Below are positions 9,562 through 18,468 of a DNA stretch of 64,000 nucleotides, piece by piece (within the stretch, counting starts at the first letter, position 1; each line of letters starts with the position of its first letter). The DNA lies in the NCBI GenBank assembly GCA_045587545.1, contig JAZNCN010000026.1, positions 6,295 to 70,294 on the forward strand. The letters run 5' to 3'. Made by a program: the position numbers and the translations under genes. The stretch is from Candidatus Caccoplasma sp. (GTDB lineage Bacteria > Bacteroidota > Bacteroidia > Bacteroidales > G3-4614). The notes beneath the pieces are model-generated. The model was given only the letters and a program-made list of their open reading frames with translations. It made no database searches and was not told the DNA's origin.

Positions 9562-10404
9562 ATGCGCAGGTTGATTGAATTTATAATAGCACATAGCAGT
9601 ATATTCGTTTTCGTAATTTATATTACAATCTCGATTATACTGTTGTTGTGTTTTAATCCCTATCAACAGAGTATATATTTTACCTCTGCAAATAGTATAG
9701 CTGGCAAATATTATTCAATGGTTAATAATATTACCGGTTACGTGGGATTACGTCAAATAAATAACGAACTGCAATACAACAATGCAGTATTACAAGTTGA
9801 AAATGCCAAATTACGCAATGAGTTACAACAAATAAAAGCTTCATTGCAAAAAGAGGAAAATATACAAGGAGGATTAACCCCCCAACATATATACGGGACA
9901 GCTCAAGTTGTAAATGCAACAACCTCTAACTCACACAATTATGCAACCATAAACAGAGGAGCAAAAGATGGAATTAAAGAGGGAATGGGAATTGTTAACC
10001 GTTCAGGGCTTGTAGGCATAGTCAGTTCAGTATCTGATAATTATGCATTAATAATAACAATACTCAATCCTAAGCTAAGAATTAGTTGCAAACTAAAAAA
10101 GAGCGGATATTTTGGTTCTCTTGTATGGGACGGATTATCTCCTGAATATGCACGATTAGAAGAGTTACCTCGCCATGTGGAGTTCAATATTGGAGATTCA
10201 ATTGTAACGAGTGGGTACTCTTCGGTTTTTCCTGAAGGTATAATGATAGGAACAGTTCAAGAGTATTCAAAAGAGAAAAACGACAACTTTTATGCTTTAA
10301 AAGTTAAACTTTCAACTGACTATTTCAGACTTGGCGATGTTGCAATTATAGACAATCCTCAACGCGAAGAGAAGGACTCTTTGGAGAGTATAGATAAGAA
10401 ATGA
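9562..10404 (+). CDS. mreC: Rod shape-determining protein MreC
   Basis: 280 aa with an N-terminal TM segment, a coiled-coil segment (LRNELQQIK), then beta-rich domains (INRGAKDGI, VTSG...FPEGI). It lies between mreB and mreD. Confidence 0.85.
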   Translation: MRRLIEFIIAHSSIFVFVIYITISIILLLCFNPYQQSIYFTSANSIAGKYYSMVNNITGYVGLRQINNELQYNNAVLQVENAKLRNELQQIKASLQKEENIQGGLTPQHIYGTAQVVNATTSNSHNYATINRGAKDGIKEGMGIVNRSGLVGIVSSVSDNYALIITILNPKLRISCKLKKSGYFGSLVWDGLSPEYARLEELPRHVEFNIGDSIVTSGYSSVFPEGIMIGTVQEYSKEKNDNFYALKVKLSTDYFRLGDVAIIDNPQREEKDSLESIDKK

Positions 10405-10913
10405 AAAGAACATCGGTTACATATTACCTGATTCTTGCAGTAGTATTGATACTTTTACAAGTAACAATACTAAGTAACATAACTCTTTGGGGTTGTGCTA
10501 CACCATTTTTGTTTATATATTTAATAATGAAACTCCCCGTATCATTGTCTCCAAACAAGACAATGACTATTGCGTTTATTATGGGACTTATTATTGATAT
10601 ATTCTTTTCAACTCCGGGAGTATATTCTCTTTCATCGGTAGTAACTGCATTTATGCGAAGACCTTACATAACTTTGGTGCTACAACATGAAGATGATTAC
10701 GGGACAATGTATCCGTCAATACGCTCATTAGGAACAGCCCCATTTTCGGTTTACGCATTAATAACATCACTTACATTTTCAGCAACCATATTTATTGTTC
10801 AATCATTCTCTCTCTACAACCCTCTATCTCTTGTATTGAAGGTAATAACCAGCACACTCTTTACCTTTATAACAGTAATGGCTGCAGAGTTTATATTTAA
10901 GGAGAAGAGATGA
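10401..10913 (+). CDS. mreD: Rod shape-determining protein MreD
   Basis: 170 aa polytopic membrane protein. It overlaps mreC by 4 nt and mrdA by 4 nt, the canonical position. Confidence 0.7.
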   Translation: MKRTSVTYYLILAVVLILLQVTILSNITLWGCATPFLFIYLIMKLPVSLSPNKTMTIAFIMGLIIDIFFSTPGVYSLSSVVTAFMRRPYITLVLQHEDDYGTMYPSIRSLGTAPFSVYALITSLTFSATIFIVQSFSLYNPLSLVLKVITSTLFTFITVMAAEFIFKEKR

Positions 10914-12772
10914 GAAAAGATTACAATCTTGAAAAACGAAAATATATAATTGGTGGAATTGTTGTTACAATTGCACTTATATATATTATACGCCTATTTA
11001 TGCTACAGGTGGTAGATACTGACTATCGCCGTCATGCTGAAGGAAATGCGTTTTTAAGAAAAACTCAATACCCTTCAAGAGGATTAATATATGACCGAGA
11101 AGGACGCCTTGTCGTATATAATCAGCCTGCTTATGATGTAATGATGATACCCCGAGAGGTTAAAGATTTTGATACATTGGCATTTTGTCAGGCAATAGAT
11201 ATAACCAAAGAGGAGTTTGACACACGCGTTGCCCGAATGAAGGACAGGCGATATAATCCGGGCTATTCATCATATACGCCTCAGGTTCTGATATCTCAGA
11301 TGTCGGCCGAAGAGTATGGCCGATTACAAGAGGTATTGTATAAATTCTCCGGGATATACGTTCAGAATAGAATTATACGACAATACAACTACGATATAGC
11401 GGGCTCATTATTAGGAAACATCAGAGAGGTATCGGCTACCGATATTGCAAATGATGCCTACTACAAAGCCGGCGATTATACAGGTGATTTAGGAATAGAA
11501 AAATCGTACGAGAGATATTTAAGGGGAGAAAAAGGCGTAGAGATACTACTTCGTGATGCACGTGGTAGGATTAAAGGTGAGTATGAAGACGGAATATACA
11601 ATGTTGCTCCTATATCCGGAAAAAATTTGACTCTATCAATTGATGCCGAGTTACAAGCATACGGAGAATATCTGATGCAAAATAAAATTGGAGCAATAGT
11701 AGCTATTGAACCATCTACAGGAGAGATACTTGCATTGGTTTCTGCACCCACATACAAGCCCTCAACTCTTGTTGGACGAGAAAGAGGTAAAAACTATGCC
11801 AAACTTGTTTCAGATAAATACAAACCACTATACGACCGCACTATAATGGGAGTATATCCTCCGGGTTCTACATTTAAGCCAACGCAGTCGCTAATATTTT
11901 TACAAGAGGGAATAACTAATTTGAATACTTTATATCCCTGCTATGGTGGTTTTATATCGGGCAAATTAAAGGTTGGTTGTCATGCCCACCCTGCCCCCAT
12001 TGCGATGAAACCTGCATTGGCAACATCATGTAACGCATACTTCTGTTATGGATTTAAAGCGATGCTTGATAACAGAAAAAAATATGAGCGAACCGACGAA
12101 GCCTTTACTCTTTGGAAAGATTATATCGTATCAATGGGATATGGATATAAATTAGGAATTGACCTGCCCGGAGAGAAACGAGGTTTTATACCAAATAGCG
12201 AATATTACGATAAATATTACAGCAAAGGGCGTTGGCGTGCTCTTACAATAATATCTGTAGCTATAGGTCAGGGAGAGGTTCTTGCTACACCATTGCAAAT
12301 TGCAAACCTATCGGCAACCATAGCAAACAGAGGTTACTATTATACTCCTCATGTTGTAAAGGAGATACAAGATACAATTATTGACTCAACATATACAACC
12401 CCTCATAAGACAATGGTTGATTCAAAACATTACGAAGATATTGTTGAGGGAATGAGAATGGCAGTAACAGAAGGAACATGTCGCATAGGAGAGATAGAGG
12501 GAACTGACCTTTGCGGTAAAACAGGAACAGCACAAAACCCTCACGGACGAGACCACTCGGCTTTTATGGGATTTGCTCCTCGCAACAATCCTAAAATTGC
12601 CATAGCCGTTTATGTTGAGAATGCAGGATTTGGGGCAACCTATGCAGTACCCATAGGAAGCCTTATGATAGAGAAATACCTTAACGACACGATTGCCACA
12701 AACCGCAAAGATCTTGAAAAGCGAATGGCAACCTCAAATACAATAATATACAGTGGAGTCAAGAAACACTAA
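10910..12772 (+). CDS. mrdA: Penicillin-binding protein 2 (elongasome transpeptidase)
   Basis: 620 aa with an N-terminal TM anchor, the SxxK motif in PPGSTFKP, SxN in ATSCNAYF, and KTG in GKTGTAQ. Confidence 0.93.
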   Translation: MRKDYNLEKRKYIIGGIVVTIALIYIIRLFMLQVVDTDYRRHAEGNAFLRKTQYPSRGLIYDREGRLVVYNQPAYDVMMIPREVKDFDTLAFCQAIDITKEEFDTRVARMKDRRYNPGYSSYTPQVLISQMSAEEYGRLQEVLYKFSGIYVQNRIIRQYNYDIAGSLLGNIREVSATDIANDAYYKAGDYTGDLGIEKSYERYLRGEKGVEILLRDARGRIKGEYEDGIYNVAPISGKNLTLSIDAELQAYGEYLMQNKIGAIVAIEPSTGEILALVSAPTYKPSTLVGRERGKNYAKLVSDKYKPLYDRTIMGVYPPGSTFKPTQSLIFLQEGITNLNTLYPCYGGFISGKLKVGCHAHPAPIAMKPALATSCNAYFCYGFKAMLDNRKKYERTDEAFTLWKDYIVSMGYGYKLGIDLPGEKRGFIPNSEYYDKYYSKGRWRALTIISVAIGQGEVLATPLQIANLSATIANRGYYYTPHVVKEIQDTIIDSTYTTPHKTMVDSKHYEDIVEGMRMAVTEGTCRIGEIEGTDLCGKTGTAQNPHGRDHSAFMGFAPRNNPKIAIAVYVENAGFGATYAVPIGSLMIEKYLNDTIATNRKDLEKRMATSNTIIYSGVKKH

Positions 12773-14201
12773 CATATTCGCACTGATAGACAAACCAACA
12801 GTGGTTATATACCTACTCCTTGTTTTATGGGGGTGGTTCAGTATATATGCAGCAAGTTATAACTATGATGGCACTTCAATATTCAGCCTTGAAGGAAGAG
12901 CCGGCAAGCAATTGCTATGGATAGGGTGCGCCTGCATTGTGGCATTTGTTATAATGATGTTTGACACGCGGCTTTTAGAAGCATATGCCTATCCCATATA
13001 TGCAGTAACAATATTAATTCTTATACTGACGATATTTATTGCACCAAACGTAAAAGGTTCTCACTCATGGATAGTTATGGGACCTGTCAGCATACAGCCT
13101 GCCGAGTTCTCTAAATTTGCCGTAGCACTCTGTTTAGCAAGGTTTATGAGTGCGTACAACTTTGTATTGAAACGTCCCGAAAATATGATACGGGCAATCC
13201 TTATTATTGTTGTTCCACTACTTATAATAATTCTGCAAAAGGAGACAGGAACTGCTCTTGTTTATTTAGCTTTTGCATTGGTACTTTTCAGAGAGGGAAT
13301 GTCGGGACTGATTTTGCTTGCCGGTATAGGGTCAATTACATACTTTATATTGGCTCTGAAATATGCCGAAACCTATTGGGGAATAACTCCTGTTGGAGAG
13401 TTTTTGGTATTACTACTGACAAATATAGTATTGATAATAATGACTTCTTCAAAATATAACAAGAGAGGGGCTTTCAGAATTATGTTATATATTATACTTG
13501 CATGCGCTTCGGTAGCAGGTATAACAAATATATTTACACCTGTAAATTGGGCATACACCCTATACGCGGCAATTGCAATAAACAGCATATATACATTTAT
13601 ACTATCGTTAAAAGTAAATTCAGCAAAACTGTTACAACCTATAGCTGTTGCAATATTATCAATAATATTCCTTTTCTCGGTAAATTATATATTCAATTCG
13701 GTTCTGGAGCCACACCAACAAGCCCGAATAAAAGTATCGTTTGGAATGGAAGATGACCCTCGAGGCGCAGGATACAATGTAAACCAATCAAAAATAGCCA
13801 TAGGCTCAGGAGGCTTCTTTGGGAAAGGTTATTTGGCAGGAACCCAAACTAAACTTAAATATGTTCCTGAGCAAGATACCGATTTTATATTCTGTACAGT
13901 AGGAGAAGAGTTGGGATTTTTAGGTTCAACAGCGTTGTTAATACTATACACAGCACTTATACTACGCATAATATATATATCAGAAAGACAGCGCGATGCT
14001 TTCGGACGAATTTACGGTTATTGCGTTGCATCAATATTTACATTCCACCTTGCCATAAATGTTGGTATGGTATTGGGTATATCGCCCGTAATTGGTATTC
14101 CCCTACCCTTCTTCTCATACGGAGGTTCATCGCTATGGGGCTTTACAATACTACTGTTTACGCTGTTACGAATTGACACTTCAAGGACAGGAAGAATATA
14201 A
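12753..14201 (+). CDS. rodA: SEDS-family peptidoglycan polymerase RodA
   Basis: 482 aa with a GTG start overlapping mrdA by 20 nt. Motifs: QPAEFSKF, GAGYNVNQSKIAIGSGGFFGKG, DTDFIF and PLPFFSYGGSS. Confidence 0.9.
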   Translation: MESRNTNIFALIDKPTVVIYLLLVLWGWFSIYAASYNYDGTSIFSLEGRAGKQLLWIGCACIVAFVIMMFDTRLLEAYAYPIYAVTILILILTIFIAPNVKGSHSWIVMGPVSIQPAEFSKFAVALCLARFMSAYNFVLKRPENMIRAILIIVVPLLIIILQKETGTALVYLAFALVLFREGMSGLILLAGIGSITYFILALKYAETYWGITPVGEFLVLLLTNIVLIIMTSSKYNKRGAFRIMLYIILACASVAGITNIFTPVNWAYTLYAAIAINSIYTFILSLKVNSAKLLQPIAVAILSIIFLFSVNYIFNSVLEPHQQARIKVSFGMEDDPRGAGYNVNQSKIAIGSGGFFGKGYLAGTQTKLKYVPEQDTDFIFCTVGEELGFLGSTALLILYTALILRIIYISERQRDAFGRIYGYCVASIFTFHLAINVGMVLGISPVIGIPLPFFSYGGSSLWGFTILLFTLLRIDTSRTGRI

Positions 14202-14228
14202 TACGATAATACTAAATCATAATGTATT

Positions 14229-14259
14229 TTTGATAATATATAAGTTTTTTATAACTTTG
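14229..14259 (+). promoter_or_regulatory. Bacteroidetes-type promoter (-33 TTTG, -7 TAACTTTG)
   Basis: TTTG at 14229-14232 and TAACTTTG at 14252-14259 are separated by 19 nt, the consensus spacing. It sits in the spacer after rodA. Confidence 0.6.
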
Positions 14260-14264
14260 CAACG

Positions 14265-14462
14265 ACAATTAGAGATGTAATTGTCATACATATTATTAAT
14301 AGCCTTATCGTTCCGCAAATTACCACAATAGACCGAAAACGGCTATTTTAAAATCTTAGCAGGGGTGTGCTGTGTTTTAACAACTCAGTGCCTTACTCCA
14401 TTGCTAAGATAGGGTGTGGTAACCCTGCGGAACGAGTGGATAGGCACTGCGTTCTTTTTTTT
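14265..14462 (+). ncRNA. Candidate structured small RNA or cis-leader, family not recognised; 5' end estimated from the promoter
   Basis: GC-richer island in an AT-rich spacer. It has a long interrupted helix (CGTTCCGC 14309-14316 with GCGGAACG 14427-14434; 14320-14327 with 14415-22). Two internal hairpins lie at 14328-14346 and 14353-14410. It ends in a T8 run at 14455-14462, and no plausible ORF fills it. Confidence 0.5.
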
Positions 14463-14521
14463 GTGCTTTGCCTACCTACTAAATTAAGGCAATATTGCAC
14501 ATAACTATAAAACACAGTATT

Positions 14522-15616
14522 ATGAAAAAATTTTTATTTGTAGCATTTATGCTCGTATTTTCTACGGCATTACTGTCAGCAAAAAATGTTTCTGTTACAG
14601 TTTCACCTGAAAATGCAATTGTTATGCAAAAAGGGAAAGTTATTCAACCCGTAACTCCCGGAGTGTATAGTCTGACTGTTGGTTTGAAAGAGGTGGTTTA
14701 CGCAGTTCAAGCAGATGGTTATGATTCAGAACAGTTTATCTTAAACTTAAAATCTCCAGCTGCAATGCAGGTTAAATTAAAACCAAATCGCAAACAAGTA
14801 TCTTTTAGTGCTGATCCTAAAACAGCAACTATTTACGTAGATGGCAGAGAATTAGGAAAAGGTGTTGTTGATTTCTCAATTAATAAAAACGAGACTAAAA
14901 CTGTAAAAGTGGAACAAGATGGTTACGACACCTATATTAAGCAAGTAGGATTCAATGACCAATCAGATATCAAAATGTCTTATAACGTCACTATGGAACA
15001 AAACCGTCGTGAAGTTAATATTTTGGTAGATGCTCCCGCTGCTGAATTCTGGTTAAATGGTCTGCTTGTTGGTAAAGGTAAAAACACTGCTACTATTACT
15101 CTACATAAAGGACAAGATGCCGAATTAGTAATTAGAGCTGAAGGCTTCTTAGAGTATAGCAGAATTATGAAGTTCTCAGAAAATGTATCATCATACAATC
15201 TAACTCAAGATATGTCTGTTGACCCTGCCTACACAGCTTCAGAACCTGGAGCCGACATAGCTAACAAACGTACAGAGTTTACTGTTAAAAACACGATGAC
15301 TCGCGAAGATGCTATTAAGAGAATGAAATATTATATTGGCGAAATATTTGAGACATACGAAGTAAACGACAATTATGCAGGCTGGTATCGTACAGTATGG
15401 AATGTAGAGGAATATCATGGCGGTCAATATATTCGTACTCGTGTTGAAATTAAAGAGATACCTGACAATGGAGATGGTCAATTGAAATTTAAGTTCTTAG
15501 TACAAAGTCAAAGAACAACTAAAGAACATGCTAAAGACGAAGATTACAAAGATTGGGATCGCGTATTAAAGAAATATGCAAAATTAGCAAGAGACTTACG
15601 TCACATTGTAGAATAA
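14522..15616 (+). CDS. Secreted protein with PEGA-like repeats, function unknown
   Basis: The track ORF begins at a TTG (14495); the ATG at 14522 gives the signal peptide MKKFLFVAFMLVFSTALLSA. Repeated ~70-aa beta modules (ATIYVDGRELGKG, AEFWLNGLLVGKG) resemble PEGA domains. The C-terminal ~130 aa is unassigned. Confidence 0.5.
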   Translation: MKKFLFVAFMLVFSTALLSAKNVSVTVSPENAIVMQKGKVIQPVTPGVYSLTVGLKEVVYAVQADGYDSEQFILNLKSPAAMQVKLKPNRKQVSFSADPKTATIYVDGRELGKGVVDFSINKNETKTVKVEQDGYDTYIKQVGFNDQSDIKMSYNVTMEQNRREVNILVDAPAAEFWLNGLLVGKGKNTATITLHKGQDAELVIRAEGFLEYSRIMKFSENVSSYNLTQDMSVDPAYTASEPGADIANKRTEFTVKNTMTREDAIKRMKYYIGEIFETYEVNDNYAGWYRTVWNVEEYHGGQYIRTRVEIKEIPDNGDGQLKFKFLVQSQRTTKEHAKDEDYKDWDRVLKKYAKLARDLRHIVE

Positions 15617-15635
15617 AAACCTAATTTAATAAGAA

Positions 15636-15666
15636 ACAGGCTATGAAACTTCATAGTCTGTTTTTT
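15636..15666 (+). terminator. Rho-independent terminator after the PEGA-like gene
   Basis: The 11-bp stem ACAGGCTATGA / TCATAGTCTGT includes one G-U pair, has the loop AACT, and is followed by T6. Confidence 0.8.
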
Positions 15667-15711
15667 GTTCTTAAAGATATAAAAGTATTATCTCCATTTA
15701 TATTATAAATG

Positions 15712-15742
15712 CAGGCTATCTACCAATAGAACATATAGTCTG
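15712..15742 (-). terminator. Hairpin downstream of the last gene of the polysaccharide locus (weak terminator candidate)
   Basis: CAGGCTAT (15712-15719) pairs with ATAGTCTG (15735-15742) across a 15-nt loop. On the minus strand it is followed by AT-rich sequence without a clean T run. Confidence 0.3.
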
Positions 15743-15797
15743 TTACAACTAAATTATAATTAAATACAGCAAACCCTATTTGATTGTATATTTGAGA

Positions 15798-16427
15798 CTA
15801 TTTTATATTAGGATATTTTGCTTTAATGTCAGCCAATAACTTTTCAAGTTGTTCACGTGTGTATCTTTCAGTTTCAGGATATAGTTGCTCTTCGTGATAG
15901 AGAATCTCATCTATTGTCCATTTGAATTTTATAGGCTTTGCAGGCACTCCTACTGCTACACAATATGGTGGAATATCTTTACTTACCAAAGAACATGCTC
16001 CTATTGTAGCGCCTCTGCCAATTGTTACTCCTGAAAGTATAGTAACATTACGTCCTAACCAAACATCTGATTCAACAACTACATCTTTATCTAATCCTTT
16101 AGGTTTTTGATCTTCAGTAATTGTTGATGAAAAACGACCTAAAACCATTGCATGGTTTCCGGTTGTAACTCTCAACCCTTCAGAAGCCATACAATGTGCC
16201 TTCATTATAAATTTTGCGTTTGTAACCATTATATCGGCATTACGCAAAAAATTATCTTCATATATATAGACATTTTCAGGATTACTTATTCTTAAAGGAG
16301 GCATCAATGTTACATCGTCGGCTATATAGCCAAATCTACTTCTGCGACAATCCAAAAAATAATCACGAAACAGAAAATATACACCTCTTATTATAAAGTT
16401 ATTCCTTAGTTTTTCTTTTAATCCCAT
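15798..16427 (-). CDS. Hexapeptide-repeat (LbH) O-acetyltransferase
   Basis: 209 aa. The left-handed beta-helix repeats VWLGRNVTILSGVTIGRGATIGACSLVSKDIPPYCVAVGVPAKPIK are typical of sugar O-acetyltransferases. Confidence 0.8.
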   Translation of the reverse strand: MGLKEKLRNNFIIRGVYFLFRDYFLDCRRSRFGYIADDVTLMPPLRISNPENVYIYEDNFLRNADIMVTNAKFIMKAHCMASEGLRVTTGNHAMVLGRFSSTITEDQKPKGLDKDVVVESDVWLGRNVTILSGVTIGRGATIGACSLVSKDIPPYCVAVGVPAKPIKFKWTIDEILYHEEQLYPETERYTREQLEKLLADIKAKYPNIK

Positions 16428-16595
16428 ATTGTCTAATATTATTACTTATCAACTAAAATAGTTCTATTTCCATAAAATAGCAAAACAAGAGAAACAGAGT
16501 TTATAAATGGCTCTGAGTATCATTCTCAAAGAAGCAGATATAAGCTACCCAACATACTTATACTTAGCCTTATATACAATGTTAATTAATATTCT

Positions 16596-17312
16596 TTACT
16601 CCTTACATATATTATACAAAAACAGTATATTTCCTATTATATATCGTCTCCACATACGTTTAGGCTCTTTTAAAAGACGATATAACCACTCTAAGCTATG
16701 GCGTTGCCACCAAATAGGGGCGCGTTTTACTGTTCCGGCATAAAAATCAAATACCGCACCTATTGTTCCCACATGACAAGATATATCTAATTTATCCCAA
16801 TTATCATATACCCACTTCTCTTGTTTTGGTGCCGTCATTCCAATCCACAAAAGATCGGGCTTTGCCTGATTTATTTGAGATATAATCTCTTTGTTATCTT
16901 CATCAGAAAATTGAGGTTTATAGGGAGGTGAATAGGTTCTAACTACGATATTCGGATAATCTTTTGATGCTCGTTCTTTGATAAGTGATAGAACCTCATT
17001 GGTACTTCCCATAAAAAAGCAGACTCCTCCGCCATTTTTGCTCAAACGCTCCATCTCAAGAATAAACAAATCCCAACCCGCTATACGCTCAATCGGACGC
17101 GATTTTGCTTTTAATAATTTACAAGCCTTTACAATGCTTGCCCCATCAGGAATTAAGACATCGCAATTTTTAAGAGCTTCAGCAAAGAGTGTATCCTTTA
17201 ATGCAGTATTATAGCTATGTGCATTAATAGTGTTTATCATCTTTTTTCCTTGGGGCAAAACTGACAACACCTCTCTGCTCTCAACAATATTCAACTCTTT
17301 TAATCGCAACAT
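16596..17312 (-). CDS. WecB/TagA/CpsF-family (GT26) glycosyltransferase
   Basis: 238 aa. NTINAHSYN, LIPDGASIV, FFMGS and WIGMTAPKQEKW are colinear with the GT26 family. Confidence 0.85.
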   Translation of the reverse strand: MLRLKELNIVESREVLSVLPQGKKMINTINAHSYNTALKDTLFAEALKNCDVLIPDGASIVKACKLLKAKSRPIERIAGWDLFILEMERLSKNGGGVCFFMGSTNEVLSLIKERASKDYPNIVVRTYSPPYKPQFSDEDNKEIISQINQAKPDLLWIGMTAPKQEKWVYDNWDKLDISCHVGTIGAVFDFYAGTVKRAPIWWQRHSLEWLYRLLKEPKRMWRRYIIGNILFLYNICKE

Positions 17313-17313
17313 A

Positions 17314-18381
17314 TTATGCCTTATTATATATATTATTCAATTGTTTTATATACTCATCAGGTGAGAACTTCAACTTTATTGTTTGATACGCCTCTTGAGA
17401 AAATTTATTTAGTTTTTCTCTATTTCTATACAATTCACATACAGCATTGTATATTGAGACAGAGTCTTTTACCTCTATAAAAATTCCATTTTTACCATCT
17501 GTTACTACATCTGGTATTGAACCTACAGCAGTTGTAACAGGTACAACACCTTGCGCCATACACTCTAAAAGCGACATTGGTAACCCCTCAAAAAACGAAG
17601 GTAATACAAAAAGATCTAATTTATTTATAAATTCATCTTTTTTCTCTCCCGATACAACTCCGGTGTATGTAAAATCATCTGCCAAACTCTCTTTAAAGCG
17701 AGGTATAAACTCATCTTGGATATCCTCTTTACCCGCCAACATCAGCTTAAATGGTATGTTATCTTTCTTTAAACTCTTGCACGCTTTTAGCAGGTACTCC
17801 ATACCCTTCTCTTTTGTTATGCGACCCATATAACCTAATGTCAGCTCTCTTTTATTGTCGCACTCGCTTTTTATGGGATAATCCTTTATATCAACACAAT
17901 TAGGGAGAACCGATATATTTTTTAACGCATAACGCTCTACTATTGCTCTACGCTCCATTTCGCTCAATGTTACAATGGGTGTTGTCTCGTTAAAGACCAT
18001 TTTAAGCATTGTATTGAGATATGATGGTATCTTTTCAGAGGTAAGATATACACCGCCATGAAGATGTATAACTATTTTTCGTTTTTTGCGTTGTGCATAT
18101 TTAATAAATGGCACATCGCGAATTATTGACGCCTTTGATAACGGGAAATTGTAATGGATAGTAGCATCAGGATATGCCGCTAATAATCTTCTCCACTCCT
18201 TAAACTTTTTTATAAGGGGAAATATTCGTCTGACACCTCCCAATTCGTTATCTTTTTTACCCTGCTCAAAATGTATATAGTTTTGAGATGGATTATTATT
18301 GATTATGAATTGTGTTACCGACGATATACCACTCACATTTTGAGTGGTATCAAGCGATGGTGATACTACTATTACGTCCAT
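17314..18381 (-). CDS. Glycosyltransferase family 4 (GT-B)
   Basis: 355 aa. The C-terminal EX7E region is LPSFFEGLPMSLLECMAQGVVPV. It ends 1 nt from the next gene. Confidence 0.85.
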   Translation of the reverse strand: MDVIVVSPSLDTTQNVSGISSVTQFIINNNPSQNYIHFEQGKKDNELGGVRRIFPLIKKFKEWRRLLAAYPDATIHYNFPLSKASIIRDVPFIKYAQRKKRKIVIHLHGGVYLTSEKIPSYLNTMLKMVFNETTPIVTLSEMERRAIVERYALKNISVLPNCVDIKDYPIKSECDNKRELTLGYMGRITKEKGMEYLLKACKSLKKDNIPFKLMLAGKEDIQDEFIPRFKESLADDFTYTGVVSGEKKDEFINKLDLFVLPSFFEGLPMSLLECMAQGVVPVTTAVGSIPDVVTDGKNGIFIEVKDSVSIYNAVCELYRNREKLNKFSQEAYQTIKLKFSPDEYIKQLNNIYNKA

Positions 18382-18468
18382 TACTTTTTATTTAAATTAA
18401 ATCAGTTCTCATATTTATATTTCAAAGTATTGAAAACAAACTACATATTTATTCACTATAAATCACCT

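Noticed and set aside
14302-14445. Structured RNA as SRP (4.5S) RNA, tRNA, tmRNA or RNase P RNA
   Set aside because: There is no GNRA-capped helix-8-like motif (no GGAA tetraloop with flanking symmetric-loop AGCA/GGU arrangement) and no GTTCGAATC-type T-loop or cloverleaf. It is much too short for RNase P or tmRNA and lacks their conserved blocks.
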